From a virus, in the IMG/VR virus record IMGVR_UViG_3300025168_000039, positions 32,001 to 96,000 of that record: a stretch of DNA of 64,000 nucleotides; one strand, written 5' to 3'. Positions 38,452 to 47,964 of the stretch are shown here, piece after piece. A model generated the notes under the pieces. The model was not told the origin of the DNA and made no database searches. It was given only the letters and a program-made list of their open reading frames with translations. The position numbers and the translations under genes were made by a program. How positions within the stretch are numbered: the first letter of the stretch is position 1; each line of letters starts with the position of its first letter.

Positions 38452-39573
38452 CTATTGATAAAATATTTCTTTAATTGAATTATAGTTATCTAAAAAAGTT
38501 TCTTTAGATAAAACTTTACCATTATTTAATCTAATCACTCCTCGACTTTGACCTTTATGAACTTCGCCTTTTTGATGAGGTAGTTGATTAGAGTAGTCAA
38601 TAAGAGATTGATCTTTATAAAAAGATAACATATACTTAATCATTTCTGTATTACGACCATGTTCTGGCTTAATATATTTTCCCTGTTCTAAACAAGTATG
38701 CATCATGTATTTTTGAAACTGATCACTATGGTAAAAAGAAAAAACATTATCTGCTCTATCAACTGAAATTTCGTTCATTAAATACCAAGGTCCGATAACT
38801 CTGTCTGTATATGCAAAATTAAATTTAATCCACCATAAAGTTTTTAACGGATCATTCTTAATACTTATTGGTGCTGCTTCAATAAAATTATTTAATTCCT
38901 CAACAACTGTTTCACTATGACACTCTGATATTTCGTCTGCAATATCTTTTATTAATTCTTGCCAAGACTTATTCTTATATACGTCATTTAAAATATCAGG
39001 CCATTTATCTGTTATTAAACCATGATAATAACTATCATTATGAACTGTACCGTTTGATAATGTATTACCAGGATGACCTATAATTGATACAGAATCTTCT
39101 GGATGAAGCTCAGTGTTATTAAGCAATCTATAATTATGATTATTATCAACTATAAATTTATACAAAGCAGGATTGAATTGATTTAAAGCCTTTCTATTTT
39201 TTGTATCCTTATCAAAAGTAAATACCGCTCTAATTTTATTTTTATTACAATTCTGTAAAAATCCTGCGTACATTACTGCAGAATCAAAACCACCTGAAAG
39301 AAAAACATCAATATATTTATTATTAGATAAAGAATTAATTATGTTAATTTTATCTTCAATACAGTTAATTAAGCTTACTTCTTCTATTTCTGTTGGTATC
39401 TGAAGTTTATATTTAGGATCAACCTTATATAAGTTCTTTAAAGTTCCTGTTCTATCAAGAGGCTCAGATGGTGATCTACCTAATAAATATATTAAAAATT
39501 TATACCATTCTGGTGTTTTAAAATAATGATATAAAGCTTTAGAGTGTAGCTTAATAACTGCTAGTTCAGACAT
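38452..39573 (-). CDS. Second asparagine-synthetase-like ATP pyrophosphatase
   Basis: VFLSGGFDS PP-loop; shares DRT, WWxxFN and F...D.FQK motifs with 29213-30919. Confidence 0.7.
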   Translation of the reverse strand: MSELAVIKLHSKALYHYFKTPEWYKFLIYLLGRSPSEPLDRTGTLKNLYKVDPKYKLQIPTEIEEVSLINCIEDKINIINSLSNNKYIDVFLSGGFDSAVMYAGFLQNCNKNKIRAVFTFDKDTKNRKALNQFNPALYKFIVDNNHNYRLLNNTELHPEDSVSIIGHPGNTLSNGTVHNDSYYHGLITDKWPDILNDVYKNKSWQELIKDIADEISECHSETVVEELNNFIEAAPISIKNDPLKTLWWIKFNFAYTDRVIGPWYLMNEISVDRADNVFSFYHSDQFQKYMMHTCLEQGKYIKPEHGRNTEMIKYMLSFYKDQSLIDYSNQLPHQKGEVHKGQSRGVIRLNNGKVLSKETFLDNYNSIKEIFYQ

Positions 39574-39575
39574 AG

Positions 39576-39773
39576 CTAAACAGAATAATCATATTCCTTA
39601 TCGTCAATAACAACTGGACTTGTCGTAACAGCAGTCTTATTAGCAGCCGGTCCCTTTCTAGCCGCACCATAACCTTGCCCAGTAGGTCTACCTGTACATT
39701 CTATCTTCTCTTCTTTATAACGCTTAAAACCTTTTGCGTCATAAGAATAAATTTTATTATTAATAAGTGGCAT
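39576..39773 (-). CDS. Small protein with GxGAARKG motif
   Basis: 65-aa ORF in the operon. Confidence 0.6.
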   Translation of the reverse strand: MPLINNKIYSYDAKGFKRYKEEKIECTGRPTGQGYGAARKGPAANKTAVTTSPVVIDDKEYDYSV

Positions 39774-39784
39774 AAGTATTCTCC

Positions 39785-40444
39785 TTAGTTAGACCCTTGG
39801 ACTAAAGTATTAGCTGATCCATCAGGGTTCGCATTGTTCTCCATATTATCTTGACGATTTCTTCTAGCTTGATTGCGTAGTCCTTCTATAGCGCCTCTGT
39901 ACTCATTTGTAAAAATAGCACTGAAGTTTGAATCTTTCATAAATAAACATGCTTCAATCATAGAAGCATAAAATAAAGCATCATAGCAGAAGTCTGTAAA
40001 ATAATTTGTGGGGGCTGCAGAAGTAAGTGTGGTTGGTCTTGCTACATAGAGAACTTCACCCTGATAAGCCGAAGTCGGTGTAGGAGCCACATGTATAACT
40101 GAGTTATTACGAATTGAATAGTACTTTGGAACTCCTGTTGATGTATTAGCATAAGGCCAAAAATCATTTAAAAATTCTTCAGTCCGTTGAAGTAAATTAA
40201 TTTTACTTCCACTTGCTCTTAGATTAACATGCCTAATAATTCTTGTATCGTCTGAAACAGAAACAACTTGACTACTCACAGCACAAGCAATAGAAACAGA
40301 TGTATTCAAACCAATATCATCTAATTCTTTTATTAATCTGTTCTCTGCCTTGTTTACAAATCTTGGAATCTGGTCAACAAAATCTGTGCCTGTATTTTCA
40401 GACGTATTAATAATATCATTTACAAGATAGGTATAATCAACCAT
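39785..40444 (-). CDS. Head-tail connector / adaptor protein
   Basis: AENRL, G.PKYY, APTP, DALFYA...EA..FMK; downstream of the capsid gene. Confidence 0.7.
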   Translation of the reverse strand: MVDYTYLVNDIINTSENTGTDFVDQIPRFVNKAENRLIKELDDIGLNTSVSIACAVSSQVVSVSDDTRIIRHVNLRASGSKINLLQRTEEFLNDFWPYANTSTGVPKYYSIRNNSVIHVAPTPTSAYQGEVLYVARPTTLTSAAPTNYFTDFCYDALFYASMIEACLFMKDSNFSAIFTNEYRGAIEGLRNQARRNRQDNMENNANPDGSANTLVQGSN

Positions 40445-40449
40445 AAGCT

Positions 40450-40746
40450 TTATCCATAGTAAATATAAAATTTGCCACCAGCACTAGATCCAGCCAATGA
40501 CACTTTACCACTACACTTAACACCCACTTCATTTAGATATACATTATCCATTACGTTAGTACCTAGTGCAGCATGTTTTATTTTAGGTCCGTTTTGATCA
40601 CCTACAATTATTTCAGATGCTGTTGATACAGCCAAGGAATAAACCTGTATTCTAGTATCAGCAATCGTAACACTTGATATAGTATCTACAAAAATACCAT
40701 TTCCTCCGGCACCCCCTGTAACTTGAGCTAATCGAATATTTGACAT
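40450..40746 (-). CDS. Small virion protein
   Basis: Beta-rich ORF after MCP, GGAG RBS. Confidence 0.6.
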   Translation of the reverse strand: MSNIRLAQVTGGAGGNGIFVDTISSVTIADTRIQVYSLAVSTASEIIVGDQNGPKIKHAALGTNVMDNVYLNEVGVKCSGKVSLAGSSAGGKFYIYYG

Positions 40747-40759
40747 ATTTATCTCCAAT

Positions 40760-40791
40760 CAGAATAAGAGGAGAGATTTCTCCCTCCTCTC
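40760..40791 (-). terminator. Hairpin terminator after the major capsid gene
   Basis: Minus strand GAGAGGAG...CTCCTCTT-ATTCT. Confidence 0.5.
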
Positions 40792-40800
40792 ACCCTAGTT

Positions 40801-41751
40801 TTAGTTACCTTGATTACCAAAGAAACCTCTCCAATCGGACCAACCAAAACTATAACGCTCTCTAGCTTTAAAGCGAAGGTTGCCGGTATCGAAGTCAGGC
40901 TCCATCTTAGTTTGCAACGGTGAACGAACAAACATCTTAGTACCGTTTGGAACATTCGTCTTAATGAACCAAGCGTCTGCATCAGTGAATCGACGGTTAA
41001 TAAACACACCCTTCGGAAGCATAGACATGCTTTGAATGGAGTTCACATCATTCCACCCTGCTGGGTTGGTAGCAGCTTGTGATCCGCCAAGAGCGGAAAC
41101 CGTACCAGAAGCAGGAATAAGAGTGGAGTTCAATAACGAGTTCGACGTTGCCCAGTTATCAGGAGCAACATGAAGTGATTCTGCACTTCCACCTGTCAAA
41201 ATGCCCCGATCATCCTTAATCTTTTGGATAGTCGTAAGCGCCGCTTCAAGAGAAGCGAAAGACAAATCAGCCGCAGAAAGTACGTTAGTTTGTGTACCGT
41301 CTACAGTTGGATGGGACGCACTAAAAAGTGGTTGTCCGTCACCTCCTGCATAAGAGGTGTTAAAGCCTTGGTTGAAAACATCCGCACCTTTTACTTGCTT
41401 AGTATTACCCATTGCTCTCGCAAGAGACTTAGAGCGCAACTTTGCAAACGTATCATACAGATTGTCTTCCATAGCTTCTTCCGTAACGGCAAAAGCAAGC
41501 GAAATCGTTTCGTTAGTATAACGAGCAACATAGCTTTCACTAGCCTCGTCATATGTAACAGCAGCGCCTTCCGCTTTTACTGGAGCATTACCGAAGCCCG
41601 TAAACAAGACTTCTTCTTCAAATGCACGATCTGAATTTTCAATTTCAAACAAAGGTGCATGTTCATTTTCTACTTCGCCATATTCTAAACCAAAAATAGC
41701 ATTTAGACCAGGAAGTAGTTCTTTAGAAATACTAGCTCTATTAATAGCCAT
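40801..41751 (-). CDS. Major capsid protein
   Basis: KELLPGLNAIFGLEY...SDRAFEEEV...TEEAMEDNLY...DFDTGNLRFKARERYSFGWSDWRG. Confidence 0.9.
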   Translation of the reverse strand: MAINRASISKELLPGLNAIFGLEYGEVENEHAPLFEIENSDRAFEEEVLFTGFGNAPVKAEGAAVTYDEASESYVARYTNETISLAFAVTEEAMEDNLYDTFAKLRSKSLARAMGNTKQVKGADVFNQGFNTSYAGGDGQPLFSASHPTVDGTQTNVLSAADLSFASLEAALTTIQKIKDDRGILTGGSAESLHVAPDNWATSNSLLNSTLIPASGTVSALGGSQAATNPAGWNDVNSIQSMSMLPKGVFINRRFTDADAWFIKTNVPNGTKMFVRSPLQTKMEPDFDTGNLRFKARERYSFGWSDWRGFFGNQGN

Positions 41752-41766
41752 GATTAAACCTCCTTA

Positions 41767-42348
41767 CTAGATGCCAGCCGGTGCGGAAAGCATCGCATCG
41801 ACATGTTTAACAATACGAACTTCAACAACCGGAAATGCTCTTTCAGTAGCAATATCGATATCATTCCCTGGAACATCCTCAACACCAATAGCTCTTACTG
41901 GAAGAATGGCGTCGTTACGAGTTGCAGCCTTAATACCAAAGCCTGACTGACCTGTAAAGGTACTGCCAGCGCCAAGAGTTAGACCGAAGTTTAGAGTATT
42001 GATATCGCCTGAACTAATTGTAGCATCCGCTTGGATGAAATACGTTGTGGCGGGGTTAGTGTTTACCACTGCTTTAATATTAGAAGCACTGGTATTCGCT
42101 GGCCAATATTGTGAGAAATTAGGCTCACCATTGGCTTCGTAGTAGACTCCCTGAAAGACACCAACTGCAAAGTCAGCATCTGCCGAAACGGGTTCAATAT
42201 TACCAAGAGAGGTTTTTACCAAGTCACCCGTGAAGATTGATCTAGCATCGCCGGAAGCAATGGGAAGTTCGTCAACACCAGTGGAGTTAGTACCTGAACC
42301 ACGTTTACGAGCGGGAAGGAAACCACGAAGATTTTTTGTAGTTGACAT
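41767..42348 (-). CDS. Capsid decoration / minor capsid protein
   Basis: IFTGDLV...VGVFQG; directly upstream of MCP. Confidence 0.65.
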   Translation of the reverse strand: MSTTKNLRGFLPARKRGSGTNSTGVDELPIASGDARSIFTGDLVKTSLGNIEPVSADADFAVGVFQGVYYEANGEPNFSQYWPANTSASNIKAVVNTNPATTYFIQADATISSGDINTLNFGLTLGAGSTFTGQSGFGIKAATRNDAILPVRAIGVEDVPGNDIDIATERAFPVVEVRIVKHVDAMLSAPAGI

Positions 42349-42385
42349 ATTGTCTATCCTTTCCTAAGTTATACCGTTCTCTGTT

Positions 42386-42886
42386 TTAGTCTTGAAAGCT
42401 TGGTCGCCTTCCTCTAGTAACAGATGAACGATTGTTGTTTGTAATGGGCATACGGGAATCAGAAGCGCCTTCTAGTTGCGAATTAACCGCATCTATAAGT
42501 TCTTTACTCTTCGTCTCATAATACCGTTTACGAGCAGCAAGCTTGCCAAGGGGCATTTTAGCCAAAGCTAAGTCTCCACGACAGACTGTACCAGCATACC
42601 GCCCACCCTCTTGAACGATAGAGGACATGGATAGTTCAGGAACTTCTTCAGGGTCTACAAAAGTCCAACCTTCTGACTGTTTCTTACCAACATTTTGATA
42701 ATCGTCTTGGTTGCGTAATGTAATGCGAATCCATCGTAGACCCATTCCTTCATTTTCAAAGCGTCTATATACGCTATCAGGAATCTCTAGAGCATTTGGC
42801 TCTTCATAAGTCCACTCTGTTTCTTCTCTTGAATTTTGTTCTCTCGTATCAATGCTACGTTCTTTAGTTTCTTTCCGTGTATTCAT
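42386..42886 (-). CDS. Conserved head-module protein
   Basis: RWIR...D..NV......GW.FV..EE...GDL.LAKMP. Confidence 0.65.
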   Translation of the reverse strand: MNTRKETKERSIDTREQNSREETEWTYEEPNALEIPDSVYRRFENEGMGLRWIRITLRNQDDYQNVGKKQSEGWTFVDPEEVPELSMSSIVQEGGRYAGTVCRGDLALAKMPLGKLAARKRYYETKSKELIDAVNSQLEGASDSRMPITNNNRSSVTRGRRPSFQD

Positions 42887-42890
42887 TTTA

Positions 42891-43883
42891 CTATACTCCA
42901 CGCTTAAATGTTATATCTGTATATTCACCATCTGATTTATCAACTTTTAGTTTTTCAGCGGCATATACCTCAAGTGGTATGTTCCATTTCTGTGCAAGCC
43001 TTACGTCTTCTTTAGACAACTTTACTTTCTTATTAGAACTGGAGGGACTGCGTGATGTTCCAGCCACCACCTGAGAGGGTTGTTGAATTGTTCCGGTATC
43101 AACACTCCCGTTATTTTCTTCTTGACTAAACTTCTGAGGAAATTCAGTTCTCAATCGTCGGTCAATCTCATTATAAAAATCCTGTTCGTGAGGATCATAA
43201 CCTATTTGTTTTAATTCTGCATCAATTGTATAAGCTGCTGCCGTCATAATAGAATCTTTTCCAAACCATTCATTCTCTTCCGCCCAATCTACAGCCATTG
43301 CATCTGGCTTTTGAGGAGCTTGAGCAGCTTGTGGTTGCGCAGCACCAGCTTCTTGTTTCTTCTCATAATCTTCTAAAGCATACTGATGTCGTTTAATATC
43401 ATCAATATTAGTAGATGCTCTTTGAAGAACATCTAAAGCTGCTAGAGTTCTTTCAGGATCACCTGAATTATAAGCTTCAACGTAATCATTTTTAGCTAAT
43501 GATATCTGTTCTTCTAATTGTTTTTGTGAAACAGAGCTATTAACTTTTTGTGTATCAACGTAGGTTCTTTCCATGCTCTTTAGATTTGTTTCTAAATTTT
43601 CTTTTTCTTGTAGAAGAGCTTGGATACGTTCATCTCTCTCTTTTCTTTGTCGAACAAGATTTCTTATTCTTTTCTGTGCACCTGATGTTTGTATTCCATC
43701 AAGTTCTTGAATAGATTCTTTCTTCGTTTCTTCTAATTCTTGTTTAGGTTTTTCGATCTCCTCTGCTGTTTTAATTTCAGTAGATGTCTCGATCACCTCC
43801 TTTTCTTTAGAATCATTCTCAACTTCAAAATCAACCTGATCTGGGACAGTAACGTCTCCCCATTCCGTTTCGTCTTTACTCAT
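42891..43883 (-). CDS. Scaffolding protein
   Basis: Acidic coiled coil, WAEENEWFG, C-terminal VKLS.E....A.K....LE.YA. Confidence 0.75.
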   Translation of the reverse strand: MSKDETEWGDVTVPDQVDFEVENDSKEKEVIETSTEIKTAEEIEKPKQELEETKKESIQELDGIQTSGAQKRIRNLVRQRKERDERIQALLQEKENLETNLKSMERTYVDTQKVNSSVSQKQLEEQISLAKNDYVEAYNSGDPERTLAALDVLQRASTNIDDIKRHQYALEDYEKKQEAGAAQPQAAQAPQKPDAMAVDWAEENEWFGKDSIMTAAAYTIDAELKQIGYDPHEQDFYNEIDRRLRTEFPQKFSQEENNGSVDTGTIQQPSQVVAGTSRSPSSSNKKVKLSKEDVRLAQKWNIPLEVYAAEKLKVDKSDGEYTDITFKRGV

Positions 43884-43932
43884 TAAATTTTCCTTTATAC
43901 GCTGCTTCGACACAGGCGGTTACGAATAACTA

Positions 43933-43961
43933 ATTATACAATATAATTGTAATTGGTGCAA
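43933..43961 (-). promoter_or_regulatory. Sigma70-like promoter for scaffold/capsid genes
   Basis: Minus strand TTGCAC-17 bp-TATAAT. Confidence 0.65.
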
Positions 43962-43966
43962 CTATT

Positions 43967-44389
43967 CTAGCAAGATAAATTAAAAGTAGGGTCTAAATCT
44001 TTTGGATTTTCAACTCGCATAATAATTTGATCATCATACAAAAGAAGTAATTTAATTCCTTTGTAATGAAGTTTAATACCTGCATTTTTTCCGTAGCATA
44101 CATATTCATCTTCTTTACACCACGGTGGTCCGGTAAACTTACTAACATCTTTATATGCTTGCTCACCGACTTTTAAAACCTTTCCAACAGTTGTTAGATA
44201 GGCAATATCATCTCTTGTAGAGTCTGGTAAATAGATACCCCCTTTAGTTACTGGCTTAACTGAGATAGGTCTAATTAAAACATGGAAACCAGGAATATCT
44301 GGTAGTACTTTAGGATCAGGAATTTCTTCTTCAAATCCTGTAATCCATTGATCATTCTGAATAGCTTTATTTAAAGCTTGAACTTGCAT
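43967..44389 (-). CDS. groES: GroES-like co-chaperonin
   Basis: VLIRP...TKGGIYLP...GKVLKVG...YGKNAG...LLLLYDDQI. Confidence 0.85.
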   Translation of the reverse strand: MQVQALNKAIQNDQWITGFEEEIPDPKVLPDIPGFHVLIRPISVKPVTKGGIYLPDSTRDDIAYLTTVGKVLKVGEQAYKDVSKFTGPPWCKEDEYVCYGKNAGIKLHYKGIKLLLLYDDQIIMRVENPKDLDPTFNLSC

Positions 44390-44391
44390 GG

Positions 44392-44586
44392 TTAACTCTC
44401 CTCATTATCATAGTATCGTTTTTTTACAATTGAAAGAATATTACTTTTTGCCCATGAAATTCCAGAATGGAACCCTACTAATTCTTTATATGTTGCGTAA
44501 TCGGAAGCTGATCCCTCCGATAAATTACTTCTCACTGATTCTAATTCTTTGTCATATGAATCAACAATCTCATCCCATAAATTCAT
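44392..44586 (-). CDS. Small head-module protein
   Basis: G.A.DY..YK.LVG motif between portal and GroES. Confidence 0.65.
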   Translation of the reverse strand: MNLWDEIVDSYDKELESVRSNLSEGSASDYATYKELVGFHSGISWAKSNILSIVKKRYYDNEES

Positions 44587-44769
44587 TTATACAACTATAG
44601 CTCCAGTAATGAATGATGCTGCACCTACAATTAAAACTTTTTTCCATATACCACAAGGAGCTTGATGTCCTATAGGTAGGCAGTTACAGGAACCGCATCC
44701 CACAACATTTTTAAATTTATTACAATACTTATTAATTTTATTTTTAATTTTTCTAATTTGTTTTTCCAT
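44587..44769 (-). CDS. Small Cys-rich membrane-anchored protein
   Basis: CGSCNC...C plus a C-terminal TM segment. Confidence 0.5.
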   Translation of the reverse strand: MEKQIRKIKNKINKYCNKFKNVVGCGSCNCLPIGHQAPCGIWKKVLIVGAASFITGAIVV

Positions 44770-47317
44770 TACTTAAGTCCTTTATAAGATTTGTAACAGT
44801 TTTCATGCTTTCCGATTCTATTTTTGTATCAGATGACATTTTATTTCCAGCTAATCTTGTAAGAAGTTCTGCAGCTTTATACGCATTATTATCGTCTAGC
44901 TTCTGTTCCTCTAAGGCTCCCTTCAATAAAGTCTCAATAGCTTTAATAGCATGGTCAGATTGATTCATCTCCATATCGGCTGCAAGTTTCTGTTGCTCCT
45001 TAGTGCCTTCTCCAATATACTTAATAACAATTTCATTCTCGTCAATATCTAATTCTCTATTTTTCAATGCAGCACTAGCAGCATCTTTAGCCATCTGTGC
45101 TTGTAGCTTATCTCGTTCAACTTCAAGCTTCATAGTTTCAATTTGAACAAGCTGTTGTTCTGGTGTTGGTTGCATCATCTGTGGATTATTAGCTTGAAGA
45201 ACTTGTTGTGCAGCTTGAGCCATAGCAAACTCAATCATATCTGATGTAATAGGCTGACCTTCTGGTACTTGATCTTTCATAGTTAGAGCAACACCTTCAA
45301 CCTGTTCCTTATACTTCATAACAGTATGTTCTTGAATATTAGCTTGTAGTACAGGAATAACTGATGCCATTAAAGGCTGACCACCACCCATAGGGTCTTG
45401 CATGAAAGACATCTTAACTTGAATATGTGCATCATGATTTTGGCCTGGAAAAGCTCCAATAGGTTTACCTTTAATTGCAACTTGAATATCTGATAAAGGA
45501 TCAAGAGGTTTAGGTTTTGTTTCAGGTGGAAGTATTAGATCAAGATTAGGCATGTTAGCTGCTTGGAGAATTGTTCTATTCAACTCTTCCATATTAAACA
45601 TACCAGGAGGAGCTTGTTGGGCTAACTGTAAAGCTAGCTGAGACAACATCATCCGATGAGCATTAGAAGGAATATTTGGGTCACTTACTGGGACAATATC
45701 TACTCTTCCATCAAAATCTCTTTTTAGAACTTGTCGTGATACTCCCGGAACCTCAAATGGATATTCATTAGGCAGATAGTCATAATTAATCTGCGCTAAT
45801 ATTTTTAATTCTTCTCGTTGTGCGTTGTGAAGCCTTTTATGAATAGCTGAGAAAAATTTACTACTGGCTTCCAGCAGCGCCATCGTAGTACCTACGGGAC
45901 CATAAGAGGCGGCATCAGATACTACCTGTTCTGTTGAGTCAGCAAACTTCTGTCCAGCACCAATAACAAAATTGAGCATAGAAAGAAGAGTATTGGACGG
46001 CTCTTTATAAGGCAGCGGAACAATAGACTTAGATAAGTCCATTCCCGTTGCCTCAACTTCTTTAAACTCACCAGGAGATATCGGATCATTATCACCAACA
46101 ATTCTAACTCCTTTGGCTTTAAACCCTCCTGGCAGATTAGCAAATTGACCCGCATCCACTAACGCTCTCATAGCTGCCGTAGCAGTCATCGTTAGATTAC
46201 CAAGGAAATGGATCAAGCCTAACCCATAGAAACCAAAGCCCGGAACATATTTGTAATGAACAAAGTGCATTACTTTTTGTCTTGTTTTATCGTCAGGTCT
46301 ATAGTTTCTACGAATACTTAGAATTTGTTTTGATTGTTCTTCTAGTGTCACAATATAAGGAAGGGACACACCCTCTTCATGTTCAGAGTCTTCTGATAAT
46401 TCAAGATAACAGTGCTGCTCTAGAAGAACATACTGATAATCAGAATCGGTTGTTTGAGCAAGACCTAAGACTGTATCTAACTTAGTTGCCATGGATGATT
46501 GTTCAGGAACATAAGCTTCTGGTAAATCAATATCCCGATACATACCCACATCAATTTCCTTGATGAGGTCAGTTGGACTTCTATAAATTACATGAGTATA
46601 TCTATCTGCTTTCCTTAGATTACTTGCATAGTATGATACATAGAATTGATCAATAGGAACAAACTCAGATACAGGACGCTCTAATGCAGCATCATAATAT
46701 GTTTTCTTAAAAGCGGAACCGATAATAGGTAGATGAAACAATAGCCGTTCTGATTCGTCAAAGTATTCCGGCATCTGTTCAGTTAGCTGATAGTTCATAA
46801 ATTCTTGTACACGATTAGCCTGTTCCATCTTATCAGGAGTCTCGATACCTATTACTTGCGACTTAACTGGACCGGCTGCTGGAAATAATTCAAGCGAAGC
46901 CTTTGCCTGAAACTTAACGGCTGATTCAATAAGGAGAGGATGGACAGCGGTACAGGCTCCCTCAAAAGGTTCTGACGCATCTTGAAGCTTTAATCCTAAA
47001 AGATCAAAGCCCCGTTCAAACATACTCTCCCATTCACTTCTAGAATCTCTATCAGATTCAAAGTTATCAAAAACTTTATTAGCTATTTCTTCTAGACCGT
47101 TATCGTCAACCTTATCTGCTAGGTCTTCAAACCATTCTTTAATATCTGGTTTAGCTTCTACCTCTATACCTTCTTCAAAATTTACAACTACCCCACCGTC
47201 AGAATCAAGATCAAAACTTACATTATTTTCTATATCAATAGATGCACCATTACTTGTATCAAGCTCAATAATTTCTGCATCACCTTTTTGATCGAAGGGG
47301 TTTCGTTCAATCGCCAT
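44753..47317 (-). CDS. Portal protein
   Basis: EPFEGAC..HPLL.E..V.FQA, MNYQLTE.MPEY, GFYGLGLIH, LPYKEPS, VSDPN; located after TerL. Confidence 0.88.
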   Translation of the reverse strand: MAIERNPFDQKGDAEIIELDTSNGASIDIENNVSFDLDSDGGVVVNFEEGIEVEAKPDIKEWFEDLADKVDDNGLEEIANKVFDNFESDRDSRSEWESMFERGFDLLGLKLQDASEPFEGACTAVHPLLIESAVKFQAKASLELFPAAGPVKSQVIGIETPDKMEQANRVQEFMNYQLTEQMPEYFDESERLLFHLPIIGSAFKKTYYDAALERPVSEFVPIDQFYVSYYASNLRKADRYTHVIYRSPTDLIKEIDVGMYRDIDLPEAYVPEQSSMATKLDTVLGLAQTTDSDYQYVLLEQHCYLELSEDSEHEEGVSLPYIVTLEEQSKQILSIRRNYRPDDKTRQKVMHFVHYKYVPGFGFYGLGLIHFLGNLTMTATAAMRALVDAGQFANLPGGFKAKGVRIVGDNDPISPGEFKEVEATGMDLSKSIVPLPYKEPSNTLLSMLNFVIGAGQKFADSTEQVVSDAASYGPVGTTMALLEASSKFFSAIHKRLHNAQREELKILAQINYDYLPNEYPFEVPGVSRQVLKRDFDGRVDIVPVSDPNIPSNAHRMMLSQLALQLAQQAPPGMFNMEELNRTILQAANMPNLDLILPPETKPKPLDPLSDIQVAIKGKPIGAFPGQNHDAHIQVKMSFMQDPMGGGQPLMASVIPVLQANIQEHTVMKYKEQVEGVALTMKDQVPEGQPITSDMIEFAMAQAAQQVLQANNPQMMQPTPEQQLVQIETMKLEVERDKLQAQMAKDAASAALKNRELDIDENEIVIKYIGEGTKEQQKLAADMEMNQSDHAIKAIETLLKGALEEQKLDDNNAYKAAELLTRLAGNKMSSDTKIESESMKTVTNLIKDLSNGKTN

Positions 47318-47465
47318 TTTTTCTTGTATCCTTATACTTCAAGTAAAGATAGTTACTTAATTCTTTCCAGTATGATTCAAAAGATTTAAAATCTTTCTGA
47401 TTTGGTCTGATCAGATTATGATCTATTCCTTTTTCAAAATCCCACACAACAAGTCCTAACATCAT
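47307..47465 (-). CDS. 52-aa hypothetical protein (not in ORF track)
   Basis: Fills the gap between the holin-like gene and the portal. Confidence 0.45.
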   Translation of the reverse strand: MMLGLVVWDFEKGIDHNLIRPNQKDFKSFESYWKELSNYLYLKYKDTRKNGD

Positions 47466-47906
47466 TTATCTTGAGTTTTTAACAATAGATGCACCAAAGT
47501 AGAGTCCTACAATAGCAGATACTAGATGAGTGTCAAGAGGTGTTAGAACTAAACCTCGTAAAGCTTGCCATTTTATTATTTCTTTTCCTTCAGTCACAAA
47601 GAAAAAGCCAGGATTAAATTCTGTATAACCTACTGTTACCAAAATATCAGGCCAGAATACTGCTACAACTTTAGGCCAAACAATAATGGCTAACACAGCA
47701 GAGATTGCAATAGCTCTTCTTGTAATCTGAAATCCGGTATTCTCGTAACGTCGAGCAAGGTCTGTTGCTTTTGATTGTTCTTGTAATCCTTCTATAGCCC
47801 TGTTGAAAACTTCTTGTTTTGCTTTCATACTTTGTGACCAAATAGCCATAACTCCAGATAATAATCCAGAGCCAAGCATTGTTACAAGTTCTAATGGAAA
47901 GCCCAT
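47466..47906 (-). CDS. Holin-like membrane protein
   Basis: Three hydrophobic segments; C-terminal AIVGLYFG. Confidence 0.55.
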   Translation of the reverse strand: MGFPLELVTMLGSGLLSGVMAIWSQSMKAKQEVFNRAIEGLQEQSKATDLARRYENTGFQITRRAIAISAVLAIIVWPKVVAVFWPDILVTVGYTEFNPGFFFVTEGKEIIKWQALRGLVLTPLDTHLVSAIVGLYFGASIVKNSR

Positions 47907-47935
47907 TCGGTTACACCTCTTGCTGTTAGAAAATA

Positions 47936-47964
47936 ATTATACCACTAAACTCTCCAGTATGCAA
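47936..47964 (-). promoter_or_regulatory. Sigma70-like promoter
   Basis: Minus strand TTGCAT-17 bp-TATAAT. Confidence 0.55.
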
